A stretch of 63,818 bases of DNA, filler included, from Kipferlia bialata (lineage: Eukaryota), in assembly GCA_003568945.1 (NCBI GenBank). It is 6 parts of 6 records of this genome, joined end to end, with 100 filler letters (N's around TTAATTAATTAA, not from the genome) between each part and the next. Parts side by side here need not be neighbours in the genome. Positions count along the whole stretch, not along the records: positions 23,352 to 34,908 come from BDIP01001225.1; positions 35,009 to 46,561 come from BDIP01001226.1; 4 more parts are not named here. One strand, 5' to 3'. The translations under genes and the position numbers were made by a program. The notes beneath the pieces were generated by a model that was given only the letters and a program-made list of their open reading frames with translations, searched no databases and was not told the origin of the DNA. This document shows, piece after piece, positions 26,884-40,049 of this stretch (within the stretch, counting starts at the first letter, position 1; each line of letters begins with the position of its first letter).

Positions 26884-27824
26884 AATCGCCCACGCATCTC
26901 CCTCCTGCTCCCCCACCTGACCTCTCTTCTGTTGGAGGGCATGCACCTGTGTGACACAGACTCACTGGGATCCATCACCACACACTGCACGAGGCTGGAC
27001 TATGTACTTGCATTGCAGGTATATATTGATGTCTATACTACATACACCCTGCACAAGGCTGGACTATATACTAGCACTGGAGGTATACATTGGAGTATAT
27101 AGTAGTGATATTCTGTACCAACCCATTGTATATAGTACACTCTTCCTACCCTCTCATTTTTCTGACCAAACCAGGTCCAGGGTCTTGCCCCCACCCGCCC
27201 CCCCTCCAAGGTTGCAGCTGTTGCCTCTATGTCTGTGTCACAGCCCAAGGAGACGGTCAACTTGCCCAGATGGTGTGTAGTCATATGCTATACACATACA
27301 GTACCAGTGTGTTAGTCAATCATTGTCTAGATATACTAATACCCCAGCACCAGCCTGTCCAGATGGTATGTATGCATGTATATATATATACACCCACCCA
27401 CCCACATATATATACCTCCAATAGTATCCCTGTCTAGATATTCTCACCCCCCAGCACCAGCGTGTCCCTGCTGCAGTGCCCTGCCCTGCCCTGCCTCACC
27501 CTCTATGCACCCATGCTGGACAGCCTGTCACTCCATGCAATGCCATCACTCACTGAGGTATGTGTGTGTATATGTACCCTATACTATACTAGTTTCATAC
27601 CATTTATATATAGCTACTGGTATTGTAAGTGATATACCTGACACCAGGTCAACATTCTATCCCCACAGAGCCAGGCCTTGGGAGTGAACCACGAGGCTGC
27701 GGGCACCCCCTTCTCTCTCTCTCTCTCTGACATGCCTATCACTGCCATCAAGGGCACATTGTGGGACAGCAAGAGACTGAGGGAGGTGGTGGAGAGGGGG
27801 GAGACCACTCTTTCCACAGTGTAG
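26884..27824 (+). CDS. 3' fragment of a hypothetical protein (continuation of the exportin with exons missing, or a different gene)
   Basis: NRPRISLLLPHLTSLLLEG...DYVLALQ|VQGLAPTRPPSK...|...|SQALGVNHEAAG...GETTLSTV-TAG. The splice phase is incompatible with the exon ending at 26780. Confidence 0.6.
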
Positions 27825-28102
27825 GTCTCATAGAGAGAGAGAGAGGTGGAAAGAGAAGTGTGCTCTAGGTGTATCTGGAGAGAAGTGTGAGTATTATTAT
27901 CAATACATGTGTGTAGTGTGTACAAAGAATAGAAACAACGTTGCTTGGTGTGCATATAGTTATTCGGTCCTCTAGAGGTCTGTGACAATCGTGGTGTGAG
28001 TCACAACTTGTCACAGAGTCACTCGATTGTGTTTGATGAATGAAGGGTTGATAGAGAGACACCCGTGTCCACTCCTTCCCTCTCTTTCATGATCCATTCT
28101 GT

Positions 28103-29184
28103 ATGGCCGGTGCTAAGAAGGCCACTGGCACCAAGAAGACGACCAGCAAGAGGGGTACGTGACGTCATAACAATATATTTCTCCTTCCTAGTCTCTCCCC
28201 CTCTTCTTGCAAGCAATGTATGAACCTCCATAGTGACTCCTACACCACTTCTCTCTCTCTCTCCCCCCCCCTCTCTATATACGTTTGTATGTGTCCATAT
28301 CTGCCACTCTTACACCAGGTGTGTCCAAGAAGAAGTATGCCAAGTCTCGCTCTCCCTCCCTCCCTCCCTCTCTCTCTCTCTCTCTCTGTGTCTCTCTCTC
28401 TGTGTCTATATCTCTCTCTCTATACATATATACCTCTTTCACCAGGTGTGTCCAAAAAAAAGAAGTCTGCCTTCCCCATTGTCCGTGTCTCCGCGTCTGC
28501 ACCCCCATGCCCATCCACCAGTACTGACCCAGTCCTTAGTGTTGTGGCACTCAATGTTAATGGAATAAGGTGTATAGTGTTTCTCTTTGCCTAGTATACC
28601 CCCCCTTCCCCCCGCACAGATCACCTCTTCCTCTCCCCCATTGTTTCTCTCTCTCTCACTCCAGGGCTGCCCTTGGTAAGAAGTGCCAGGGACAGACACT
28701 GGCAGAGGTGAGCTATTCTATCCTCTCTCTCTTTCTCTCTATACCCTTCTCCCTATATGCATTCCCAGTAGCGGCTCTGTTGGCAAACTAACCAACTAGT
28801 GGGTTGCACAGGAGAAGCCAGATGTATTCTTCATGGGGGAGACCAAGCTGGGCACGAGGTCAGTTTCTCTCTCTCTCTCTCTCTCTCCCCCCACCTCTCC
28901 CTCATCATCAGTGCCTTCGATCTCTCTCTCTCTCTCTCTCTCTCTCCAGCTCATCATCAGTGCCTTTGACAAGTATGCAGCCGAGTACTGCGTAGATGGC
29001 AACTCCCCCTTCAAGGGCTATGTAGGACACTACTGCTTGCCAGCACCACCAACCAGACAGGGATACGCAGGTGTTGATAGTTATGTATACATATGTATAT
29101 GAATACGTAATTATTATGTATATACATGATTGATATACTCTACTCTGCTACTATGTACATACAGACAGGGATACACAGGTGTTG

Positions 29185-29216
<32 letters not shown>

Positions 29217-31598
29217 ACATACACACATATTCTATCCTTAGGCTCATGTGTGTTCATTAGAACTGTTCTTCTCTCTCTCTCTCTCTCTCGCTATATATAT
29301 ATGTATGTATATATATATATGCAAATATCACCAACCCTTAGGCTCCTGTGTGTTCATCAGATCTGGTGTTGCCTACACTGCGGTCACCCATGGCCTGGGG
29401 GTGGAGGAGCACGATACAGAGGGGAGGTAAGAGATACATAGAAATGGGACTGGTGTAATACGTATACACACTTCCTATATGTATATATAGTATACATACT
29501 ATACTTCTAACATCAGGTTCTGCACAGTTGAGACCCCATCTGGGTACCTGTGCCATGCATACGTGCCCAATGCAGGTAAGGAATATATATATACATACGT
29601 ATATACATATATACGTATATATGTATAGAGTATATATAGAGTATATATGGACATACCTGGGTACCTGTGCCATGCATACGTGCCCAATGCAGGTAAGGAC
29701 TATGTGTATACTGTCATTATATATATATATATATATAGTGTTATATGTATATAGTGTATATCTATGGGTATACCTTTGTACCTGTGCCATTCATATGTGC
29801 CCAACGCAGGTGGGAGACTAGACACATATTCAATGACTCTCTCTTTGTAATCATATATATGTGTGTGTATATATGTGTAATAATATACACATATGTATAC
29901 CTATCTGACCATCCAGGTAGAGGTGCCAAGTCGGGCCAGAAGGGAGAGGCCCTGCCCAACCTGCACTACAGGTATATGTATACTATATATGTATATAGTA
30001 TATATATAGTATATGCATATACAGTGTACAGTGTACTATATATGTATATATGTATATGTAGTATACAAATATATGCAGTGTATGTATATATTGTCTATAT
30101 AGTAGAGGCCCTGCACAACCTGCACTACAAGTACAGTGTGTGTATATGTGTATACTACAGGTACAGTGTGTGTGTAGACAGAGTGAATATATCGATCTAT
30201 CTATGTATATAGTGTCTATACAGAGTGTATATAGTGTGTGAGAGGACTCGTGGTGTTATTGATTGGTATATTGTTGGTATACCAGTCTCACCCCCAGGAC
30301 CGCAGTTCTCTATAGCCCTCTATGTGTATCTGTTGTATATACCCATCTAACCCCCAGGATAGCCGGGTGGGAGGAGACAGTGCGGTCCCACATCGCATGC
30401 CTCAGACTCATGAAGCCAGTCATATACATAGGTACTCTCTCTCTCTCTCATTCCCTCCCTCTCTCTCTCCCTCTCTCTTACTTCTAGGCGATATGAACGT
30501 GTGCCACCAGCCCATGGACATCCATGACTTCAAGGCAAACAGGGGGAAGCCAGGCGTCACAGACCAGGTATGTATATACATATATACGTACATAATGCAT
30601 ATGTAGCGTACTTATTAATGTATCTATTATGTAGCAGGGATAAGCCAGGTGTCACGGACCAGATATATAGTATAGTTTGCGTACATGTATATATTGTGTG
30701 GTATATATAAAGTGGAGTGTTTGTAGTATATGAGTTAATGGTGGGGAAGCCAGGCGTCACAGACCAGGTAGGCACACACGTACCCACACATACATGTATA
30801 TACACAGTATATGTACATGAATGTTAGTTATTACTAGCCGAGAAGACCCACCCCCAGGAGCGCCATGCCATGACCAACCTCATCAGCGACGGTATGATTG
30901 ACTCGTTCAGGTGTGGGATATCATATACATATACTATATACCATATACCATATACATATCAGGTATGGGATATCATATACTGTATTATATACTGATAGTA
31001 TACTACAAAGTATATAATATATATATATAATATAATATATACAATATATATAGTATGACGGCATGATTGACTCGTTCAGGTATGGGATATCGAATACTGT
31101 ATTAAATACTGATAGTATACTGCAGAATATATACACAATATACAATATATATAGTATATATATTATGACGGCATGATTGACTCGTTCAGGTGTGGGATAT
31201 CGAATACTATATTATATTCTTATAGTACACTACACAATATATACACAATATACAATATATATAGTATATATATTATGACGGCATGATCGACTCGTTCAGG
31301 TGGGTGGTGTATTTTCATATCTGTATCAGAATACGTGTTGCGTATTGACGCAGTAGCCTCACCCTCAGACACCTGTACCCTGATGAGGTCAAGTTCAACT
31401 GTCTTATAGTATTTACGAATGTATCAGTGTATTCATCACNNNNNNNNNNNNNNNNNNNNNNNNNNNNNNNNNNNNNNNNNNNNNNNNNNNNNNNNNTGTA
31501 CATAACTCTCCTGACCCCTTAGGCACCTGTACCCCGACGAGGTCAAGTTCAGCTGGTTCAGCAACTTCTCGAGCAGCAGGGCCATGAAGAGAGGTATG

Positions 31599-31650
<52 letters not shown>

Positions 31651-32219
31651 ATATATCCTTCTCTTCTCACTCCAGGCTGGCGTCTGGACTATGTCCTCTC
31701 TCTCTCTCTATATATATGCCTCTCTGTTATATTCCTCTTCTGACTCTAGGCTGGCGTCTTGACTCTGTCCTCTCTCTCTCTCTATATATATGCCTCTCTG
31801 TTAGTATTCTATCTCTGACTCTAGGCTGGCGTCTGGACTATGTCCTCTCTCTCTCTCTATGTTTGTATCCTCTCTGTTTGTATTCAATCTCTCACCCCAG
31901 GCTGGCGTCTTGACTATGTCCTTGTCGACTCCAACCTACTCGGCAAGGTCAAGGACTCTGAGATATTCGACGACCATAGGTATGTATTGATACTATTACA
32001 AATACTATTAATACGCATACATTCCATCTCATACTGTTATACATGGTCAAGGACTCTGAGATATTCGACGACCATAGGTGGGAGACCTTTGATGGCATTC
32101 TACAGTAGTTCTCTCACACACAAATATCAATACTTGCACCATATACATGTATGTATACATACTAACCCCCCAGGGACTGGAGTGACCATGTGCCTGTCAG
32201 GCTCACACTCACAGAGTGA
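28103..32219 (+). CDS. APEX1: AP endonuclease 1 / exodeoxyribonuclease III (EEP family), complete
   Basis: Basic N-terminus MAGAKKATGTKK, then ALNVNGIR, PDVFFMGETK, GYAG, HDTEGR, AYVPNAG, GDMNVCH, DSFRHLYP, FSWFS, GWRLDYVLV and SDHVPV-TGA (32217-32219). This is the full ExoIII/APE1 motif set. Confidence 0.95.
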
Positions 32220-32612
32220 TATGGATAGATTGACACTCTTGGAGGCTAATTCAATAATTCATTTGTTACACGAACACGTATTCGGACGAACACGTATTCG
32301 GATAGATACACTGATGGAGTTTTGCAATGAGAACCAAAGGCAAAGAGTACATCTCACGGTCAACTTGTCCAATAGACTCACCCACAACTCTCTATTACGA
32401 TGAGGGGTCTACCAAATAGACAATAGACACGTACCAAAGACACTAAACAAACACCAAACGAAACATACAATACACAGTTACACTGGGGTCAACATACAAC
32501 TCAACAACAACACGTCGGTACAAAGGATACACACGCAAAAGGTTCACACCATGTGAGGACACACTGCTACTAGTGTGCCACTCTCTCTCTCTCTATCTCT
32601 CTCATAATTAGC

Positions 32613-33119
32613 CTACATGATGGTGTGCCTCTTGTTACCTGGATGGTGGCCGGGGCTGATGCCTGGGGTCAATAGGAGTGCATTATAATATACATACACG
32701 CAGGCCCTATATATTTATGAATACAAATATTCTATTGGGACTGATGCCTAAGGCCAATATGGGAGAGGTACACTATGATACTTGCACATGCAGACACTAT
32801 CCTACGAATATGAATATACACTGTCTATACCTAGGTTAGAGTCGTGCATGGATATGGCCGGGGACTCGGCATCCAGTACAGTCCTGGGGGTTAGTGACGC
32901 ATATATTCATAGTTGTATGTAGAGAGAGAGAGAGAGAGAGCAAGAACAACACAAAGGGATATAAGAGAGTATGAAGCTTGAGAGTGACAGAGAGAGAGAG
33001 AGAGAGTACCTGGGTGTGCGTGGCAGGAGTGCATCACTCCCCAGCTGCATAGCCCCACTCTTCCTACGGCCAAGTGCGGCCCTGGAGTTCTGGTCCAGCT
33101 GCGCCTGGGGTTAAGCAGG

Positions 33120-33161
<42 letters not shown>

Positions 33162-33656
33162 AGGACTAAGGGTCAGGACGGACTTCACCTACACCATATA
33201 TACACTATACCATATATACCCTGTACACAATACACACCTTAGTGTCCTGCAGCAGCCCCATCCACCTGTCTGCGTCTGCCTGGCACCTGGCCTTGAGAGA
33301 CACCAACACCCCAGGGCACACTATCTGGTGCATCAGGGGGTCATCCCCTGGGCCAGGCCACACAATCTTGGCGTGCTTCAGGGGGAGCTGGGCCTTATAT
33401 TAGAACATAGTGGATATAGATATTCATAATGTCATCATATACTATGTGAACTACACACCTTGAGCCTGTACTTGTGTGCCCCTCCCCTGAGACTCCTCTT
33501 GATGCCGTGTTCTCCACTGTCCTTGTCCTTGACTACAAGGAGTAGGTCAGTCAATAGGAACACATGCCTCGGCTTCATGCCCTCCTCCTCGGGCTCCTCG
33601 CCTGAGGGGTAAGAGAGAGAGAGAGAGAGAGCGACATACTTCCATAATATTACGAA

Positions 33657-33687
<31 letters not shown>

Positions 33688-34861
33688 TACCTGGATCGTG
33701 TCTGGGGCTGAGGAATGCCGAGTCGGGTCCACTGCTGAGCAGGTCTGCCATGTCGTTGGGAGAGACAGTGGTCTTGGACACCTCCATCATCATCTCGGAT
33801 ATCACACTCCTGAGGTGGGAAGGAGTATAATGCACATGAGTATGCAAATATGTATACACCAGGTACACTACGTTAGTTCAATGCCCACCTGTGGGGCTGG
33901 ATGAGGTCAGGGGGGGCACTCTTGAGGTTGCGCTGCAGCTCAAGAACCTGGGGGGTGAGTTAGGGTTACTCCAATAGTGTGCCAAAACCTAGTCACCAAC
34001 ATACTGCCGCCTCACCTTTGTCTTTCCCTCCTCCACCCTCTTTGCGTCGTTGATATATTTACATACACATACATATAATATATATATATATATACATAGT
34101 ACTTCAATACTCTCATACCTTTGTCTTTCCCTCCTCCACCCTCTTTGCATCGTTGATGCCAGTCACAGTGGCAGTCAGCTTCTCAATGGCAGTGTTCATG
34201 TCCTGGGGTGAGTGGAAAAAGCTATACAAACATATAATACTATACTATATATATTATATATACAGTGGTATTGGACAGATTCTCAATGTCAGTGGTCTAG
34301 GGTGAGATACGCAGTGAAATAGTGAACACAGTGATTACAACGTAGAGATAGTGTGATATGCTTGTACCTCCCAGTCCGGGTGTGCCTCTGTCATCTAAAG
34401 TACATACGTATATGTAGAAGATCATACATCTAGAAATACTAATGTATGCATATGCACATTACCTCCCAGTCTGGGTGTGCCTCCGTCATCTTCTTCCTAA
34501 ACTCCAGCAGCAGCAGCCTGAGCCTGGGCAGCCTCTGGATGGGCTCGATCAGAAGGTCATCGATCCTAGGGGTCAGAGAGAGATTTACATAGACACATAC
34601 CAAGAATGATACATTGTAACACCAGTCCACATACACACATAGTATACATCTGGTCACACATCAGTACCTATATCCATGCTCAGCCGACATTGCCGTCAGT
34701 GCCTTCTTGACATCTGAGGGTGCATCGTGCTGGAGGAAGTTGGACACCTCGGCATGGGACCGCACATAGGGCTTGTACAGGTTGAACTCTTGGGGTGAGA
34801 GAGAGGAGGGGGGAGGGGTAAGACAGAGGGAGAGAGGACATAGGGCTGTACAGGTTGAACT
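32613..34861 (-). CDS. Dbl-family RhoGEF, DH-PH domains (3' part)
   Basis: FNLYKPYVRSH...|IDDLLIEPIQRLPRLRLLLLEFRKKMTEAHPDWE|DMNTAIEKLTATVTGINDAKR (DH), then RHVFLLTDLLLVVK...ADRWMGLLQ (PH). TAG at 32613-32615. Confidence 0.92.
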
Positions 34862-34908
34862 CTAGGGGTGGGGGGGGGGGGGGGGAGAAATAAAAACACA
34901 CAAACCAA

Positions 34909-35008
34909 NNNNNNNNNNNNNNNNNNNNNNNNNNNNNNNNNNNNNNNNNNNNTTAATTAATTAANNNNNNNNNNNNNNNNNNNNNNNNNNNNNNNNNNNN
35001 NNNNNNNN
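34909..35008. other. Artificial scaffold linker
   Basis: N44-TTAATTAATTAA-N44. Confidence 0.97.
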
Positions 35009-35059
35009 CTTCCCCATTTTTCCACAACCCCCCCCCCCCCCCCCCCCCCCCCACTCCAG

Positions 35060-35456
35060 GCTGGAGGTCGAGGGCCGTGCTGACATTGAGCGTGCCCTGG
35101 GGGATGTGGCCGAGCGCATAGCCACCCTGGAGAGGGACATCCAGCAGCTGACCGAGAAGGAGGCAGGGCGGTGCTCCCTGTTGGAGCAACATGTGGAGGA
35201 GCTGAGGGCTGCGTCCACCCTGGCCGAGTCCTCTCTCACTGGCATGATGCAGACATGGGCATGCAGGGTGGGGCAGGTGGAGGAGGCTATGGCGGCACAG
35301 TGCACGGCAGAGAGCAGGGGTCGCCCCGAGGCCCGGCAGGCCCTGCTGGAGAGGGAGGCCATGCTGCAGAGGATGGTGGACCAGTCAGACAGGGATGTGG
35401 AGGCCATCCTGGCTGCCAGGGTCAGGCTCTGCAACGACAGGCTGGAGAGTGGGTAG
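35060..35456 (+). CDS. Last exon of a coiled-coil protein
   Basis: Acceptor ccactccag followed by a GC-rich open frame LEVEGRADIERALGDVAERIATLERDIQQL...RLESG-TAG. Confidence 0.7.
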
Positions 35457-35851
35457 AGGCAAGGGTGCTTCTTGAACATAACTGGTCTTGCACCTGTTTG
35501 TTTGACTCTGGTCGTACTTGCCCCCGTCTTTCGACCCACTCCTCATAGGACATGTATGTGACTTCCCACCAACGTGTCGCATTGGGAGGACTAATGGTTA
35601 CTGTGCTTCAACCATGTCTGATATTGACTCTTGCTCTGCACACCCATTGGCTGTCACTGGAAGGATTAGACAGGAGACTTGTCTCTGATCCTGTGCAGTA
35701 CGGGCACAGATTCCGCACTTTGTAGGACTCAACAGGGAGTGATGAGTAATGATTGCATATGCTAGCAGCCGGCAACACGAGTCAAGTGAATAAAAGTTCC
35801 ATTCTATTGTAAAACACACACAAACTAAACGTTGCTATTCTTGACTACTGC

Positions 35852-37225
35852 TCATGCCATCATGTCCCGCACTGTGACAATCTCTGTGTGGGTGGCACCC
35901 CCAGACAGCACCAGGTCCAGCTTGATGCGCAGGGCCTTGGTCCCAGCCAGCCTGATCTGCTGGGTGATGGGGCCCTCGTTCATGCCGGTGGTCTTGCCAG
36001 AAACAGGCTGCAGCTGCAGGGTGGCGTTGGGGGGCTTGGAGAAGGCCAGAGACACCGACACCTTGGGCAGCACGGTGGTGACGCGGAAGGTGGCCACGAT
36101 GGCGTCCCCCTTCATGTTGGCTGTCTTGCCGATTGTGACGCCGTGCCCCTTGTAGACCACAGTCTCGGAGGGCACAGCAGGGGACGACAGCTCAGACATC
36201 AGGTCGCCCATGCCGCTGTTGCCACCGCTCCTGGCTGGGGAGGGGGTGGGTGCTGGGGACAGACCCATCAGCACATCCATCAGGTCCTGCTCGGCAGGGG
36301 GTGCCTGGGCTGCTCCGGAGTCCCCGTCCATGCCCAGGTCCACAAGGTCTCCTCCCATGTCCTGCCCAGCCTCGACCTCCTCCTCCTCCTCCTCCTCGTT
36401 GCCTGCCCTGCCTGCCTCAGTCTCCCTCAGGGGAGGGGCGTCGATGGGCTCCAAAAGGGCCATAGCCAGTGCCCCGGGGGCACACAGCACAGCACTGTAC
36501 TCCACCACCCTCTTCTGGGTCTCCACGGCCAGGCTGTTGCGGAGGGGACCGTACATGGCGCCGATGCTCTGCTTGGTCTCGGGTATCTTGGCAGCTATCT
36601 TGCCCAGGGCAGTCACCACCAGGTCCCTGCACCCTGGGGTGTCCAGGTGGGTGGAGATCACAGACACAAGCTCCTCAGACGTCACGTGGGGCTCCCCGGC
36701 CAGACAGGACTCGGGGTACTCTCCCAGCACAAACACAGCCGTGGTAATGAGCTCCTTGCTGCACTGACCACCCTGTAGGGACAGGAAGAGCTGCTTGCAG
36801 GCGTGTTGCCTAAGGACTGGCTGCCTCTGGAGGAGGGAGGCGGTGTTGGCGATGATGTCGTGGCCCACAGACTGCAGGGCGGCGGCGTCTGTCTGCAGCA
36901 TCCTCAGCAGGATGTCAAAGTGCCACTTGGGGGAGGGGGCGTAGTGCTCGGCAATGAAGGCAACGGAGGTGATGAGCTCCGGCCTCAGCTCGTCGACTGT
37001 CTCGTCCAGGGTCTGCAGCAGATCGGCCACCAGGGCCTTGGCAGATGATACATCGGCCAGGAGGACGAGGAGGGCCAGGGCACGCCTACGCACAGAGAGA
37101 GAGGTCTCGCTCAGACAGAGCAGGACTGTCCTGCGGTGCCTCTGGAGGGAGGCCACGTTACCAGATGCCCTGACCAGCTTGGCCAGGTGGGACAGAGCAG
37201 CATAGCGCACAGTGGCATCCTTGTT
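35852..37225 (-). CDS. AP1G1: AP-1 complex gamma-adaptin, C-terminal ~457 aa in one exon (trunk end, hinge, GAE ear)
   Basis: NKDATVRYAAL...LQRHRRTVLLCL...SVRRRALALL...AEHYAPSPKWHFD...VFVLGEY matches the gamma-adaptin trunk. The acidic hinge has DLMD-type motifs and the ear has LQLQPVSG...ITQ...LRIKL. Acceptor ctcacttcag. Confidence 0.9.
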   Translation of the reverse strand, partial: NKDATVRYAALSHLAKLVRASGNVASLQRHRRTVLLCLSETSLSVRRRALALLVLLADVSSAKALVADLLQTLDETVDELRPELITSVAFIAEHYAPSPKWHFDILLRMLQTDAAALQSVGHDIIANTASLLQRQPVLRQHACKQLFLSLQGGQCSKELITTAVFVLGEYPESCLAGEPHVTSEELVSVISTHLDTPGCRDLVVTALGKIAAKIPETKQSIGAMYGPLRNSLAVETQKRVVEYSAVLCAPGALAMALLEPIDAPPLRETEAGRAGNEEEEEEEVEAGQDMGGDLVDLGMDGDSGAAQAPPAEQDLMDVLMGLSPAPTPSPARSGGNSGMGDLMSELSSPAVPSETVVYKGHGVTIGKTANMKGDAIVATFRVTTVLPKVSVSLAFSKPPNATLQLQPVSGKTTGMNEGPITQQIRLAGTKALRIKLDLVLSGGATHTEIVTVRDMMA

Positions 37226-37280
37226 CTGAAGTGAGAGGGGGTGGGGGGGGGGGGGGGGGGGGGCTTTCTTTTTTTTGCCA

Positions 37281-39072
37281 CTGACAGAGACGTGGCTGGA
37301 GAGAGGGCAGCTAGGTATGGTCTTATGGAAGGACATGTAATTGTACGCTTGATTTATGAGTCTATTTCACCAAGTGAGCAGTCTAACTATCTGCAGTGTT
37401 GTGTAGTGTTGTAAACCTTGTATATACCCTGACCCGCCACTATGTCTGTGGCAGATACGATGTGCACTTATATGTATATCTTCTGTATATATACAATAAC
37501 ATACATACGTATACCATATATACTTATAGCTAACTCAGGATGTCTGTGGCAGATACCATGTTTGCCCTGATAGCCGTGCCTGCCCTGCTGAGACTGGAAC
37601 ACGTGGCAGGGTATGTTATAATGTATAGTACATACATATATATACACACACATATATATAGTAGTAGTAGTGTGTATTCCGCAGTATATATACTGCCCTA
37701 CTGAGACTGGACGTGGCAGGGTATGATGGTGTATATATACTATATATGTATATATGTACTAATAGTGTACATTGCCAGGACTCCGTATTCATGGATTTTG
37801 GATTATCTATATGGTATTCATATTGTATTCATAGTGAACATATACTGTGCCTCACTCCGGCCGTGTCTCAGCCTCTCCCTAGACTATGAATGTATGGGTG
37901 TATATGATCATACATTGGTGTATATCAAAGAGATACACCTCTCACCCCAGCCGTGTGTCTGCCAAGACTCTATATACATGCGTGTATATATATTATATGG
38001 TATAAGTATATGGTATATAACTATGCCTCACCCCAGCCGTGTCTCCGCCTCTGCCAAGAAGACCTTCCAGCCAGCCAGGGTCTATGCATGCCTGGACTTC
38101 ATAGGTACAGGGGTATATATATATATATATATTGATGGGTACATTAGGTTATGTGTATATACATTTTATACATATATAGTTTGAATTTACATACAATATG
38201 AATATATAGAAATATGCAAATATATGTCTTTATTAATCTATGCATGTCTGGACTTCATAGGTATAGGGGTGTATAGACTATATACTATATATACTATATA
38301 GACTCTATAGACTCTATATACTATATAGACTATCTATTATTGTGTTGTCAATATCTCTCTATTGGTCTATGCATGCCTGTACTTCATAGGTACAGTATGT
38401 GTGTATATGAACACATTCATTATATGTATATATATATACCTGTGGATATATATATGTATGTATACATATATTCTTGTGAAAGTGTGTATATGGAGATGTA
38501 CATAATATATCTCCCTCACCTGTCATGTTCCCTGGCCTTCACTTGACACCGTCATCCATATATACCACTATGTCCACTATATATCTGTCCAGTATACATG
38601 TATATTTATACCCTCACCTGCCAGGCTCTCTGGCTCATCATAGGTACATTAGGTTATGTATGTTTATATATTCATTTTCATAATATGTATCTCCCTCACC
38701 TGTCAGGCTCCCTGGCCCCTCTGTCCGGACAGATAGAGGCACTGTTCAGAAGGGCAGGTATGCAGATATGTGCAGATATATACATATATATATATATATA
38801 TATAGTATAGTGCTATTATTATTAAATGTATTTTGATACCCTCTGTCCGGACAGATAGAGGCACTGTTCAGAAGACCAGGTGGGTATATATATGTGTGTG
38901 TGTGTATATGTAGGTCGATGCCTTGTTCATCAAGAGACAGGTATAGTTGGACATGGATATGTATATATATGTGTGTGTGAGGCGGATATTCATCTCTCTT
39001 TCTCTATATATGTGTGTCATACACCTCACCTTAGCCCGTGACCGTTCTCTCTCGTCTGAGGCCGATGGGCTT

Positions 39073-39116
<44 letters not shown>

Positions 39117-39868
39117 CATTGGCGTGTATATGTATACTCTTATACCTCACCTTAGCCCGTGACCGTTCCCTCTCGTCTGAGGCCGATGGGCTAGACCTGT
39201 GTCAGGAGCTGTACTCGAGGACAGTGGCCTTAATTAGGTAGAGATGATGTATATGTATATACTATAAGTCATCTATATATGTATATGTATATATATATCT
39301 TGTAGGAGCTGTACTCGAGGACAGNNNNNNNATATGTATATGTATATATATATCTTGTAGGAGCTGTACTCGAGGACAGTGGCACTGATCAGGTATTATA
39401 CTGTACTAACCATACCTATTACAAGTGCATATATATATATACATCTATATATATACTATCTATATCTACCTATATATATACCATATATACTGTACTCGAG
39501 GACAGTGGCACTGATAAGGTATGGATGATGTACTACATACTATGTACACTGTATACTATGTACTACATACTATGTACACTGTATACTATGTTATACATAC
39601 TATGTACTATCTATATCTACCTATATATATACCATATGTACTGTACTCGAGGACAGTGGCACTCATCAGGTATGCTACACTCACTTTATATACTGAATCT
39701 CTCTCTATTTTCATCCTATGTACTGTAGACTCTTGGATAGTTGCCCTGATCTGGTATATACATGACATCATACTGTTATACTGTGTGTATATGCTATAGG
39801 GAATGCACTCTAGGATACGTCTAACCCCTCCCAATGGACAGGCTCATAGCGTCTCTCTGCATATGTGT

Positions 39869-39912
<44 letters not shown>

Positions 39913-40017
39913 ACCCCCTAGGGACAGGACGTCTGGGGCACTCCAACTGGCCAAGCAGGTTAGGGAAGATGGATATATGTGTATATATATATTGTATATA
40001 TTATATATATTGGGTGG

Positions 40018-40049
<32 letters not shown>

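Noticed and set aside
35888..36778. Long + strand ORFs (296 aa here; 318 aa at 47671-48627)
   Set aside because: Antisense shadows of GC-rich real coding exons (gamma-adaptin and the NTPase).
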